This document shows positions 35,539 through 44,949 of a stretch of DNA of 64,000 bases, piece after piece (the first letter of the stretch is position 1; each line of letters begins with the position of its first letter). A program made the translations under genes and the position numbers. Under the pieces are notes generated by a model. The model was not told where the DNA came from. It did no database searches and saw only the letters and a program-made list of their open reading frames with translations. The stretch is from a virus, in the IMG/VR virus record IMGVR_UViG_2920962495_000002, positions 2,873 to 66,872 of that record; one strand, 5' to 3'.

Positions 35539-36915
35539 ATGAGCGCTCAGACCCTTTATTTAAGTATTCTAGCGTCTTCTATGACGCTGACGGAATCACC
35601 TGATCCCGCAGCGCTGGCAAGCGTAGAGTTTGTCACGGAATACGCTTTTGATTCAAACGTTGTGGCAAAAGTCATGGCGGTTGATCAAAAAACCCTTACT
35701 ACCGCCGCTGATCCCTTGGACAACCTTGTTTTTAAGATCAGCTTTAATGACAAGATCGACGGCAGTACGATAACGGAATTAAAAGGCCGTTTATACACTG
35801 GCGGCGGCGTTGAAGCACTAGAAGAACAGCACGCCGATAATTTTGGTTATATCACAAGCAAGCTAGACTTTTACGGCGCATTGGATAGCCAGTACGACTT
35901 TTTCGAGTCCGTCACGACCAGTTATAGCGCAAGCAAGGCGGCAGCGATCAAAACAGCGCTTGAAACCATGGGCGCATTAAACGAGCTTGGCGCTTATCGC
36001 ACCAAACAAGTTGAGTTGGCCGTACCAGCCAGCACCGTAACCGACCTGACACCAACAGAGCTTAAAAATTCGTTGTTAGACATGCGCGATCGTCCACGCT
36101 ACCTAGTCACTTGTGACGTGGCCAGCCTACCTCATATTGAAGCGCTGGCCGAGGTGATGGGTAAAATCAACTGTCATGTATTGCTCGATATCGGCAATAT
36201 CACCGACTGGCAATCAGCCGTAGCGTTAACTGAAACACTAAGCATTAATGACCATCGTTTTTGGGTATTTTGGAACCCTAACAAGTCACGCCCAAGCAAT
36301 GCGACAACCGTGCTGGCGCGTAAAAAATGGCGTCCATGCGTTGGTGATCTACTAGCCCAAACGCTACTACGTAATGCTCGCACCAACAGCTCAGGCATAC
36401 CGCCTATCAATAGACCGGTTGCTGGTTACGACTTCCCTGTGGCATTTCGTGACATGGAAAAAATGGCAGGCGTATCGCTTGATGAAGAGGCGCAAAACGC
36501 ACTTGCCAGCGCTGGCGTGAACGTGGTTATCAATGAACGCTTTGAAGGTGGTGATCGTTGGATCTATGGTGACGCGCTCACTCAGTACGATAGTAAAAAT
36601 AGCGCCTTACGTTTAACCAATAGCGCCGAGATTGAGACTTATACGACCAATCTTGTGCTATCTATCGTCAAAAAACACTTACTAAAAGGCATGACCAGCT
36701 TTGTGCGTGATGCTCAGGACGAATGTAGCCGTGCCCTTGATGCGTGCGTGGCAGCAGGATTACTGGTTCAGCCGTCTGAGCTTGGCGGTCTGTATTATCT
36801 ATTGCAAATCACGCCACGCGCTGATGACCCGTTTAGTAAAGCAGATATTAAGTTTAGCCGCCGTCCTGAAGGATGCGCCCGTCAAGTATTCTTTGAAGGC
36901 ACTGTTACTAAGTAG
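35539..36915 (+). CDS. Contractile tail sheath protein (P1 gp22-like)
   Basis: C-terminal ALASAGVNVV...IYGDALT...LRLTNSAEI...ALDACVAAGLL sheath pattern. Confidence 0.7.
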   Translation: MSAQTLYLSILASSMTLTESPDPAALASVEFVTEYAFDSNVVAKVMAVDQKTLTTAADPLDNLVFKISFNDKIDGSTITELKGRLYTGGGVEALEEQHADNFGYITSKLDFYGALDSQYDFFESVTTSYSASKAAAIKTALETMGALNELGAYRTKQVELAVPASTVTDLTPTELKNSLLDMRDRPRYLVTCDVASLPHIEALAEVMGKINCHVLLDIGNITDWQSAVALTETLSINDHRFWVFWNPNKSRPSNATTVLARKKWRPCVGDLLAQTLLRNARTNSSGIPPINRPVAGYDFPVAFRDMEKMAGVSLDEEAQNALASAGVNVVINERFEGGDRWIYGDALTQYDSKNSALRLTNSAEIETYTTNLVLSIVKKHLLKGMTSFVRDAQDECSRALDACVAAGLLVQPSELGGLYYLLQITPRADDPFSKADIKFSRRPEGCARQVFFEGTVTK

Positions 36916-37000
36916 TTATTAAGCCTTATTTATTAGCGTCATCGCATGGCGCTAGTCACAACCTTGTTTATTTATAACCCCACACTGAAAGGATTAAATT

Positions 37001-37915
37001 ATGTCACGCGATTTTATTACCCAGCGCCGCCTTAACCGTCAACACGACCAAGCGCAAGCACAATTTGACGCACTAACCCCGCAAGAAGCCGCCGATAAGA
37101 TGGAGCTTGACCCTATCTCTGAACGCATGGCGATTACCGCGACCAGCCAGATGCGCCTTGCTGCTTTAAATGTCGCCTTTATGCTATCCGCTGTACTAAC
37201 GGATGGTGAGTATGACGATGAAGAGCTGCTACCTAGTGAAGTGCTAGACGGCCTTATGATCGAAGCATTTACCGATGATGACGATGATGATAGCGACATG
37301 GACGAGATTGACGAAAACGTCCGTATCACCTTCTCAGCTCACGTATCAGATGCGTTATCAACGCTAGGCGTTGAAGATGCGGTTATCGCTGATCTATTCG
37401 ATGACGAGATTGAAGTGGCTGATGCCGCTTGCTTGGCTGCCGCTGAAACGGTGCTTGAGAACATGCCAGATGACGGTGAAGCGTTTGATGAATTTGTCGC
37501 AGGCTTTGCTTATAGCGACGACGAAGGCGATGATGAAGACGAAGAAAGCTTTGATAGCATGAATGAGGAATACCAGTTTGATGCCGCTAAGAAAAAATTG
37601 CGTGCTGGCAAGAAAACGGTCAAAAAGGTCAATGGCAAGACGCTTATCTATAAAGCCGTTAAAGCCATTCGTAATGGTGAAAAAGTTACGATCAATAAAC
37701 GTATTAGCGGTAAAGTTAAACTGAACGCAGGACAACGCGCAGGACTTAAAAAAGCACGTCGTAAGGCTGGCACGGCTTCAGCCATTCGTAAGCAGATGCG
37801 CTCGTTTGGTAAGGGTATGCGAGCCAATATTTATAAAGGCAACCCAAACCGCCTAAAGGCACTTAAAAATGCAGGTTATGCGCGTAGCACGAAGGCTAAT
37901 TTTGGTAAGAACTAA
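37001..37915 (+). CDS. Prohead core/scaffold-like protein
   Basis: Highly acidic N-terminal two-thirds, strongly basic C-terminus (LKKARRKAGT...RSFGKG); three FD[SA] motifs. Confidence 0.6.
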   Translation: MSRDFITQRRLNRQHDQAQAQFDALTPQEAADKMELDPISERMAITATSQMRLAALNVAFMLSAVLTDGEYDDEELLPSEVLDGLMIEAFTDDDDDDSDMDEIDENVRITFSAHVSDALSTLGVEDAVIADLFDDEIEVADAACLAAAETVLENMPDDGEAFDEFVAGFAYSDDEGDDEDEESFDSMNEEYQFDAAKKKLRAGKKTVKKVNGKTLIYKAVKAIRNGEKVTINKRISGKVKLNAGQRAGLKKARRKAGTASAIRKQMRSFGKGMRANIYKGNPNRLKALKNAGYARSTKANFGKN

Positions 37916-37924
37916 GGATTGACC

Positions 37925-38161
37925 ATGAACCAATTAATTGCTTCTTTAAAGAAAAATGGCTTTGATATTAGCAGCGAGCTTGGCTCACTAAAGCTCAATT
38001 TTTTAATATCTCAGCTTATCATTATGGCACTACTTCTGATTAACACTGATTTCTTAGGGGATACGGTTTCTAGTATCGTGCTAAAGCAGTGCGTCTCGAT
38101 GGGAATTGTTGTGATGCTGATTGTTAGTTGCTACTCAATAGGCAGTAGGTCAAAACAGTAG
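37925..38161 (+). CDS. Small two-TM membrane protein
   Basis: Two hydrophobic stretches; followed by a terminator. Confidence 0.55.
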   Translation: MNQLIASLKKNGFDISSELGSLKLNFLISQLIIMALLLINTDFLGDTVSSIVLKQCVSMGIVVMLIVSCYSIGSRSKQ

Positions 38162-38180
38162 TCCAAGCCATTAAGTCACA

Positions 38181-38209
38181 AAACCCAGTCAGCAATGGCT
38201 GGGTTTTTT
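38181..38209 (+). terminator. Intrinsic terminator
   Basis: AACCCAGTC-AGCAAT-GGCTGGGTT-TTTT. Confidence 0.75.
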
Positions 38210-38224
38210 GCCATTTACCGCAAT

Positions 38225-38263
38225 GGAACACACCAAACAAGCCAGCACGGACAGCGATACAAT
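38225..38263 (+). promoter_or_regulatory. Late promoter motif GGAACAC-N26-TACAAT
   Basis: Upstream of the Hdf-like gene. Confidence 0.75.
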
Positions 38264-38301
38264 GGATAGATTAGAAACTACTTATCTAAGGCTATTATAA
38301 A

Positions 38302-38847
38302 ATGAAATTATCCGATATCACCGAAAAAACACAACTGGTCAAAGACTTCGTTAATCAACTTAAAAAATCCACCAAGCAAGCCATCCCTATTGTTGAGGTA
38401 GGTAAAACCGCGCGCGTATCGGGTGCTAGTGCGCGTCCCGTTAATATGGTACTTGAGAACGGTCAGACCATTAAGCTGTTTTTGCGTGTCGTGACCGCAA
38501 AAGACGACAAAAACAAGGATATCGAGCGCTTTGACATCTTCCGTATTGATATCAACGGCAAGGCGCAGCCGCTATCGGGCGACTACGATAACAGCTACCG
38601 ACCTGCTTTTGACGCTTCGGTCAAAGCGCTTGGTAATATGCTACGCACAGGTCAAGCCGCTTTCGATAAAAAACGTGCCAAACAAAAAATCCGTAAGCCG
38701 CGCACTGGCGCCGCACCTAAAAATAAAACCCAACAGCTTAACGAGCTGGTGAATGACGCGGCTGACCTTGATAAAACCATTGAGTCCAAGACCAAGGAGA
38801 AAGAAGGGCTTGAGCAACAACTCAATAATTTGACGAGCCAGCCGTAA
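38302..38847 (+). CDS. Hdf-like protein (DarA-N-related domain plus coiled coil)
   Basis: RVSGASARPVNMVLENGQTIKLFLR...DIFRIDINGK followed by a basic/coiled-coil tail, the same layout as the DarA-N domain. Confidence 0.55.
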   Translation: MKLSDITEKTQLVKDFVNQLKKSTKQAIPIVEVGKTARVSGASARPVNMVLENGQTIKLFLRVVTAKDDKNKDIERFDIFRIDINGKAQPLSGDYDNSYRPAFDASVKALGNMLRTGQAAFDKKRAKQKIRKPRTGAAPKNKTQQLNELVNDAADLDKTIESKTKEKEGLEQQLNNLTSQP

Positions 38848-38879
38848 GCTGCCATAAGCCAAGGGTTGTAAGGATTGTT

Positions 38880-39296
38880 ATGCAAAACAGTTATATTGTC
38901 GATGCGTTTTTATCTGGCACCGTTTGGGTGTCGCTTATCTATCTATACTTTGCTTGCCGGACACGGGTCATCGAGCTTAACGCTTTGGTCACGCCTGAGA
39001 TATTCCTAATGGCGATAACCAAGTTATTAAAATCGTCCATTATTATTGCCACGCCCTTTGTCGCCATTCTTAGTTTTATGCTATGGCGCTTTTATGGGCT
39101 AATGCTGGCAAGTGAAGCGTGGGGCGCGGGCGGTATCGGGCTTTTGGTTATTATGTTTGGTATAGGCGCTCCTATGATATGGCTATACGTGCTACTGGTG
39201 TGCGTTAAACATAGCCGCTTTATCGGTTCTGTTGAGGTAGCCGCTGATGACAAGCTAATGCCGCAGCCAAGCCAAGCAAGAGGCGCTTACTCATGA
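38880..39296 (+). CDS. Multi-pass membrane protein
   Basis: Three to four hydrophobic segments in 138 aa. Confidence 0.6.
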   Translation: MQNSYIVDAFLSGTVWVSLIYLYFACRTRVIELNALVTPEIFLMAITKLLKSSIIIATPFVAILSFMLWRFYGLMLASEAWGAGGIGLLVIMFGIGAPMIWLYVLLVCVKHSRFIGSVEVAADDKLMPQPSQARGAYS

Positions 39297-39622
39297 TTGA
39301 TGCAGATAAAATCAAAGCGATGGTCAATCATTGGCTGGACACGCCGCCAAACGGCTATTTTGGTCAAAGCTATGGTGCTGATTTGCGCAATATGCTGCTA
39401 CGTGAGCTGTCTAGCGACAATGCAGACAAGCTCCTTAAAAAGCTACGTCTTGATATACCGCTACTCAATCAACTTGATGACAGCCAGCTTAGTATTAGTA
39501 CCGAGACCCGTGGCTTTGACAAGCTCTACGTGTACCTATTTATTGGCAACATTGCGATAGATTTAGGTGAAGCCAAAACCGAAAATTCAGATCAGGATTA
39601 TTACGATGTCCGAGCGAAGTAA
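39293..39622 (+). CDS. Baseplate wedge gp25/GpW-like protein
   Basis: HWLDTPPNGYFGQSYGADL...KLRLDIPLL; precedes the J-like gene. Confidence 0.65.
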   Translation: MIDADKIKAMVNHWLDTPPNGYFGQSYGADLRNMLLRELSSDNADKLLKKLRLDIPLLNQLDDSQLSISTETRGFDKLYVYLFIGNIAIDLGEAKTENSDQDYYDVRAK

Positions 39623-41069
39623 TATATTAGCCAGTATTAACAGTCATATTAACGACTATCCAGAGATAGCCGAGCGCTGGCGAGCAGGTGATCCTACCGT
39701 CCGCGCCATGCTAACCTCAATCGTTGAGGCGGTCGTCTTTTTAAAGCGTGACAATGATGTTAACGCTATCGAGCCGTTTATCAAGTCAAAAAACCGTACC
39801 ATCATCGCTGACGCCATCAATAAAGGCATACTGCCGGTAGCCACGCCTTGCCAGCACAAAATCACCGTTGAGAATAGCTCAGCGGTCACACTTACCTTAT
39901 CGCAAGGGCGACTGATTGAAGATGGTACGGGTAGGCAGTGGCGACTGCTAGCAGCGGTTACTGTGGCAAGCGGTGAGGCTAAGGTGGTATTGGCTGAGCA
40001 AAGCGTTATTAATCGTGTTGATATGACCGTACCGCTTAACGAGCCATTCTATACCGCCGCCTTATCTACCACAGATGACGCTTACTTTGCAGGTATTAGT
40101 GTCGTTAATACCACCACAGGCGAGGTTTATCAGCACACGCCAAACTTTATGAACGCAGGCATCAACATGCCAGCCTACACGCTGCAAAGTGACAACCTAA
40201 CCAATATTAATGTGATATTTGGTGCAAGCGATAGAGCTGGCAAGACGGTGCAGGCAGGCGAGGTGTACCAAATTGCAATTACTCAGTGCTACGGAGAGGT
40301 TGATCCTAGCAGTTTAAGACAAGCCGCGCTTAGTGAGATCAATGTCAGTGACGAGAGCCAGTTAAACCTATATTTTAAAGCGGGTGACATGGTGCGGGCA
40401 GGGGCTAACCCTTTGACTATTAATCAGCTAAGATTGCTTGCCAGCTTCCCATCTATGTATGACCGAAACGCGGTCTTTATGGGTAACTTTACCTTTTTGG
40501 TGATGCAGCATTTTATGAACCGTTTTGACTATATGGCGATATGGAATGAAACCATCCATGAGCGCTACTATGGCGTGAATGTGAGTAACATTAACCACTT
40601 AAACCTAACGGTCGTTGCTAAGTCTGGCAATGCGGGTGAGCGTGAGCAGCTTATCACCGACATCAAGCAATTAGTGGCGCGTGCTGACAGCTTGCTTGAT
40701 GGTCGCGTCAGGGTGAAGGCGGTGGTGGAACGTCCTTATCAAATTAGCATTACAGGTAGGCTTGCCGCTGTACATGATATTGACTCAGTACGCACGCAGA
40801 TCAAAGAGCTATTATTGGCGGAGTATGGCAAAGGCTCATTGGCTGCTATTCACCATAATGCAGATGGCTTTAACTTGCAGGAGATTGCTACGCGCATACG
40901 CTCAACGATAAGCGCCTTTCAAGATCGCATTAGTGATTTTACGGTCAGTGGTGAGGATGTGGCAAGCCAGCCCGTAAAGCCGCATGAATGGGCATTTTTA
41001 GATACCGATAGCATCACCATCAACTTAACCCGTACTGCTGATAGCGGTAATGCTATATGGACGATGTGA
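39606..41069 (+). CDS. Baseplate J-like protein (P1 BplA-like)
   Basis: About 487 aa after the gp25-like gene; wedge-protein size and position. Confidence 0.6.
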   Translation: MSERSNILASINSHINDYPEIAERWRAGDPTVRAMLTSIVEAVVFLKRDNDVNAIEPFIKSKNRTIIADAINKGILPVATPCQHKITVENSSAVTLTLSQGRLIEDGTGRQWRLLAAVTVASGEAKVVLAEQSVINRVDMTVPLNEPFYTAALSTTDDAYFAGISVVNTTTGEVYQHTPNFMNAGINMPAYTLQSDNLTNINVIFGASDRAGKTVQAGEVYQIAITQCYGEVDPSSLRQAALSEINVSDESQLNLYFKAGDMVRAGANPLTINQLRLLASFPSMYDRNAVFMGNFTFLVMQHFMNRFDYMAIWNETIHERYYGVNVSNINHLNLTVVAKSGNAGEREQLITDIKQLVARADSLLDGRVRVKAVVERPYQISITGRLAAVHDIDSVRTQIKELLLAEYGKGSLAAIHHNADGFNLQEIATRIRSTISAFQDRISDFTVSGEDVASQPVKPHEWAFLDTDSITINLTRTADSGNAIWTM

Positions 41070-41070
41070 T

Positions 41071-41700
41071 ATGGACAATACAACCCTTAGCGCTAGTGAC
41101 TTTTTAGCGCCACTTGCCTTTACTCATAAGGCGGGCGAGCTTGAGCGGGCAATGGCAGGTGTTTTTACTGCTGTGGTTCAAGAGTATCAAGTAAACCAAC
41201 TCAATGATATCTATAGTTATGGTGTGCCGTGGCTTGGTAGCGCCACTGTGGTTGAGCGTTTTACCAAGCTTAACGGCTTGGCAGTGCTACGTCGCAATGA
41301 CGGGGGCTTGTCCGATAAACTTATGAGCACTATTTATGCCAACTGGGGGTCGATGGCAAGCGAGCGCGGACTGGCTTTTTTGCAATTCATGCTTGATATG
41401 CTGTACCCAAATCAGAATAAAATAGTTAGGCTTTGGCACTCGATAGCGCAGGCAGGTAGCTATCCTTTGTATTTAAGTGAGTCGCAAGGGGTGCGAAAAT
41501 TTTTGACCAGCCGCATTCGCATCAAGATTGACTCTGATACTGACATCACTGAGCTATCAGAGCTTGCACCCACGCTATCTCGCTTGGTGCCGTGGCAGAT
41601 TGTGCCAGAGGTGGCTGTTAGTATCGATACTGAAGACATGGGCGTTCAGGTTGCGCTGGCAGGTGAGATATTTCAAGTCGCTAACTTTTCGCCTTACTAA
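41071..41700 (+). CDS. Baseplate I-like protein
   Basis: SERGLAFLQFMLDML motif; follows the J-like gene. Confidence 0.5.
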   Translation: MDNTTLSASDFLAPLAFTHKAGELERAMAGVFTAVVQEYQVNQLNDIYSYGVPWLGSATVVERFTKLNGLAVLRRNDGGLSDKLMSTIYANWGSMASERGLAFLQFMLDMLYPNQNKIVRLWHSIAQAGSYPLYLSESQGVRKFLTSRIRIKIDSDTDITELSELAPTLSRLVPWQIVPEVAVSIDTEDMGVQVALAGEIFQVANFSPY

Positions 41701-41706
41701 ACCTAT

Positions 41707-41746
41707 GGAACACCCCTAAACCCGCCCGCCCAAAGCACGTCAAAAT
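41707..41746 (+). promoter_or_regulatory. Late promoter motif GGAACAC-N27-CAAAAT
   Basis: Upstream of the tube gene. Confidence 0.7.
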
Positions 41747-41779
41747 AGCCCTATTACTTATCATCTTATAGGGCCGATC

Positions 41780-42406
41780 ATGAAAACCAAAACTCCTAGC
41801 GCTCAGGCGTACCGCAAACAGTACGAAACCGCAAAATCACTAGGCGCGGCTATGCTGGCGTGTAACGCCGTTTTAGTGCCAGAGGGCTACAACAACCTAT
41901 ACTTGCTTACTCAAAACTTTCAGCGTCCTATCGTCAGTCACAATGATAGCGCTGATGTTGACTATGCGCGCGGTCTACAAGCACACGTAGCAGGTACGGT
42001 TAAAACCAACTTTGAAGGTCAGTGGACGCTAATTGAAACAGAGTCCGGCGCGATCTCAAAGTTTGCAGAAGACATCGCGGTTAAACATGGCGGTATTTTG
42101 CCACTCGTTCGCATCTATGACGGTTTTGTCGGTGACGGCGATAACATCAAAGGCAGCCGTGAGTATGAACTGATTGATTGTGCAATCACCTTTACCGATG
42201 GCGGCGGTGAAATCGATGCGGCCAGCCGTAGTCAAATCTTACAAGTGCAAGCGTCATGCCGTTATAACTATTTTGGCCAAAGCGGTAAGATTGGCGCAAC
42301 CGGTAGCGGCGCGGATGTATTCGCTGACACCTTGACCAATGCGCTCGGCAGCCTTAGCAGTTTAGTACCGCAGGGTGGTTTAGACGGCGTGACTATCTTC
42401 GGTTAA
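41780..42406 (+). CDS. Tail tube protein (P1 Tub-like)
   Basis: 208 aa, own late promoter; GLQAHVAGTVKTNFEGQWTLIETESG recalls P1-type tube proteins. Confidence 0.6.
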   Translation: MKTKTPSAQAYRKQYETAKSLGAAMLACNAVLVPEGYNNLYLLTQNFQRPIVSHNDSADVDYARGLQAHVAGTVKTNFEGQWTLIETESGAISKFAEDIAVKHGGILPLVRIYDGFVGDGDNIKGSREYELIDCAITFTDGGGEIDAASRSQILQVQASCRYNYFGQSGKIGATGSGADVFADTLTNALGSLSSLVPQGGLDGVTIFG

Positions 42407-42441
42407 CCCCTAATCTTAATTAATACAGCCAAGGCTAAGTT

Positions 42442-42948
42442 ATGAGCACCACTAGCACAGACGCCCATCATGTTATCGGATCGCTGCAAGATGCCGCCGA
42501 GGAGCTTTACGAAGAGCTAGTAACGACTGGCTCTTCGGTCATGCTTACCGATGTCGTTAAGATCATGATCGTGAATACTAAGAAGTATGCTGGCTGGTCA
42601 GGTGAGTTGCAGCATTGTCCAAAAGACGACGCCTCGTGTGTTAAGCCGCTACTGGTGATTGACGCAAGTACCGTTTTAGGTGTGGATGACTGGCTGATTA
42701 TTGAGCCAGTGGTTCGCGCTCATTGCGACCTTGTGCAAGCCCGCCGCATGGAGGGAGCACAGAATTTAGGCGTACAACCCGCTGGCATGTTATCAAGCGA
42801 GGCGCTGCAATATTACAAAGATTCGCTTGAGTTGATGAAGCGTGAGGCATTCCAGTGTCAGCCGTTTAGTGTTGAGGTTCCCGAAAATAACGCCTTAGAC
42901 GAGTTTTTTAAAGATAAATTTTGGAGTACAACATGGCAGAAACTATAG
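42442..42948 (+). CDS. Putative head-tail connector / morphogenesis protein
   Basis: 168 aa after the tube gene. Confidence 0.45.
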   Translation: MSTTSTDAHHVIGSLQDAAEELYEELVTTGSSVMLTDVVKIMIVNTKKYAGWSGELQHCPKDDASCVKPLLVIDASTVLGVDDWLIIEPVVRAHCDLVQARRMEGAQNLGVQPAGMLSSEALQYYKDSLELMKREAFQCQPFSVEVPENNALDEFFKDKFWSTTWQKL

Positions 42949-43202
42949 AGGTTTTAGTAACTCGTGAATGGGTGCAGTTAGCGCCCAGTCAGTGTGAGGT
43001 GCAGTCGGTCAACGATAGAGATGCCTACAATAAGACATTTTTTGACTTGGTGGTGGGCGGCGCAGAACCTGCTAGCGACACAGATGTTTTCATGCGTATC
43101 ACCCTTGCTGAGCACGCTAATTTTCATAGAGACGCGCCAGTATGGTTGCGCCTTAATGCGCTTAATGCTGACGCCGATCAATCGGTTGTTGTTATTAGAT
43201 AG
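42933..43202 (+). CDS. Small virion-associated hypothetical protein
   Basis: 89 aa preceding the repeat protein. Confidence 0.55.
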   Translation: MAETIEVLVTREWVQLAPSQCEVQSVNDRDAYNKTFFDLVVGGAEPASDTDVFMRITLAEHANFHRDAPVWLRLNALNADADQSVVVIR

Positions 43203-43211
43203 GGGTTGGTT

Positions 43212-44543
43212 ATGGCTCAGCATTTTGGCAGTTTGGATTTAAGAAGCGGCATATCTCTAAGATCGTCGCAACATTTTGGTAGCCTAGTGCTAAAAAATGA
43301 CAATCTTTTATACCTATTTGCAGACGGGCAGCAAGGCGCATGGTACGACCCATCTGACAAGTCAACGCTATTCCAAGGCGTAGCAGGTACAGTGCCAGTC
43401 ACTAAAGATGGCGACCCTGTGGCATTGATGTTAGATAAATCAGGCAACAACAATCACGCTACTCAGACGGTAAGTGCTGCTAGACCTGTTTACAAAGACA
43501 ACCTTGCCAGACTGTCACTGGATAAAGTGGACGATGCGATTGTTATCAATCTACCAACCCGCTTGGTGGGTACGATGACGATAGCGTCAACAACAGGTAC
43601 AGCAACTTATGGTGTCGATATACCAGCTGGAAACTTTACTTTAGGCGGTAGTTATTTCTCATCAAACAATATTGTAGGTCTAATATTAAGAGAAGGGGAG
43701 TTGTCTGCTGATGATGAGAGCAAGGTAGATTCTTATTTATTGAGTAAAGGTGCTGTTAAGAGCTTTGTAGGGATTACTGATTTCGCTACTGCTTGGTATA
43801 ACAACAACTTAACATCATTTCCCTTGATTGACACAAGTAGTGGTACTAATTTCTCTTATGCTTGGCATGGAAACAACTTAACATCATTTCCCTTGATTGA
43901 CACAAGTAGTGGTACTAATTTCGCTACTGCTTGGTATAACAACAACTTAACATCATTTCCCTTGATTGACACAAGTAGTGGTACTAATTTCTCTTATGCT
44001 TGGCATGGAAACAACTTAACATCATTTCCCTTGATTGACACAAGTAGTGGTACTAATTTCGCTACTGCTTGGTATAACAACAACTTAACATCATTTCCCT
44101 TGATTGACACAAGTAGTGGCACTAATTTCTATCGTGCTTGGCATGGAAACAACTTAACATCATTTCCCTTGATTGACACAAGTAGTGGTACTAATTTCGC
44201 TACTGCTTGGTATAACAACAACTTAACATCATTTCCCTTGATTGACACAAGTAGTGGCACTAATTTCTATGGTGCTTGGTATAACAACACCTCCCTAGTG
44301 GATTTCCCAGAAAATATGTTTGACAATATAAAGGGTGGTAATTTTACTTACACCTTCACTGACACAAACCTGTCTCAATCTAGCATTGACGGTATATTAG
44401 CATCACTGGTTGCGTCAGGTATTGCGTCAGGTACACGAGCATTTGACCAGTCCGGCGGTAGTGCCCCGTCTGCTACAGGGCAAGCGGCGATTGATACATT
44501 GCGTAGTCGTGGTTGGACAGTTACCGTAACAGGAGGGTATTAG
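43212..44543 (+). CDS. Putative fibre/spike protein with 23-aa LRR-like (BspA/DUF285-like) repeats
   Basis: N-domain GAWYDPSDKSTLFQ...PVTKDGDPVALMLDKSGNNNHATQ, then 7+ repeats of FxxAWxxNNLTSFPLIDTSSGTN. Confidence 0.7.
   Translation: MAQHFGSLDLRSGISLRSSQHFGSLVLKNDNLLYLFADGQQGAWYDPSDKSTLFQGVAGTVPVTKDGDPVALMLDKSGNNNHATQTVSAARPVYKDNLARLSLDKVDDAIVINLPTRLVGTMTIASTTGTATYGVDIPAGNFTLGGSYFSSNNIVGLILREGELSADDESKVDSYLLSKGAVKSFVGITDFATAWYNNNLTSFPLIDTSSGTNFSYAWHGNNLTSFPLIDTSSGTNFATAWYNNNLTSFPLIDTSSGTNFSYAWHGNNLTSFPLIDTSSGTNFATAWYNNNLTSFPLIDTSSGTNFYRAWHGNNLTSFPLIDTSSGTNFATAWYNNNLTSFPLIDTSSGTNFYGAWYNNTSLVDFPENMFDNIKGGNFTYTFTDTNLSQSSIDGILASLVASGIASGTRAFDQSGGSAPSATGQAAIDTLRSRGWTVTVTGGY
43782..44288 (+). repeat. 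69-bp coding tandem repeat (7 full units plus a partial)
   Basis: Units start at 43782, 43851, 43920, 43989, 44058, 44127, 44196, 44265; near-identical DNA, alternating A/B types. Confidence 0.95.
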
Positions 44544-44544
44544 T

Positions 44545-44949
44545 ATGAGCCAATACACACACAGAATTACTTTAGTAGTGCCCGAGCTACTTATGCCACA
44601 AGCTAATCAACTTGCACTCATAGCAGGGGAGAGCCTTGCTGATGTTAATACATTTACACAAGCAAACTATCAAGACGCAGACGGCAATCTCTATGCTGTA
44701 TGTTCAGCAGTCATTAAACCTATTGTGTTATCACTTGCTGATGCACCGCTTGCAGACACCCCTCTAAAAACTAAAGGTGCTGATTTAGTATTGGCACAGC
44801 AAGCGATGGATAAAGTAGTCAAGTATCAAAAAGGCGTAACGGTTACGCCTGATAATATTTATATAGGGATTGATATTGACCCGTTTAAGTTTTTTGAATC
44901 AATAGGGCTAATAAGCGTTGTCATTGACGATGTGGGTGCGCCAATCTAA
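44545..44949 (+). CDS. Hypothetical protein accompanying the repeat fibre
   Basis: 134 aa immediately downstream. Confidence 0.55.
   Translation: MSQYTHRITLVVPELLMPQANQLALIAGESLADVNTFTQANYQDADGNLYAVCSAVIKPIVLSLADAPLADTPLKTKGADLVLAQQAMDKVVKYQKGVTVTPDNIYIGIDIDPFKFFESIGLISVVIDDVGAPI

Noticed and set aside
43782-44288. Regular repeats considered as a CRISPR array or a DGR template/variable pair
   Set aside because: The units are contiguous in-frame 69-mers with no unique spacers. No cas or reverse-transcriptase gene is present, and the differences are not adenine-specific.
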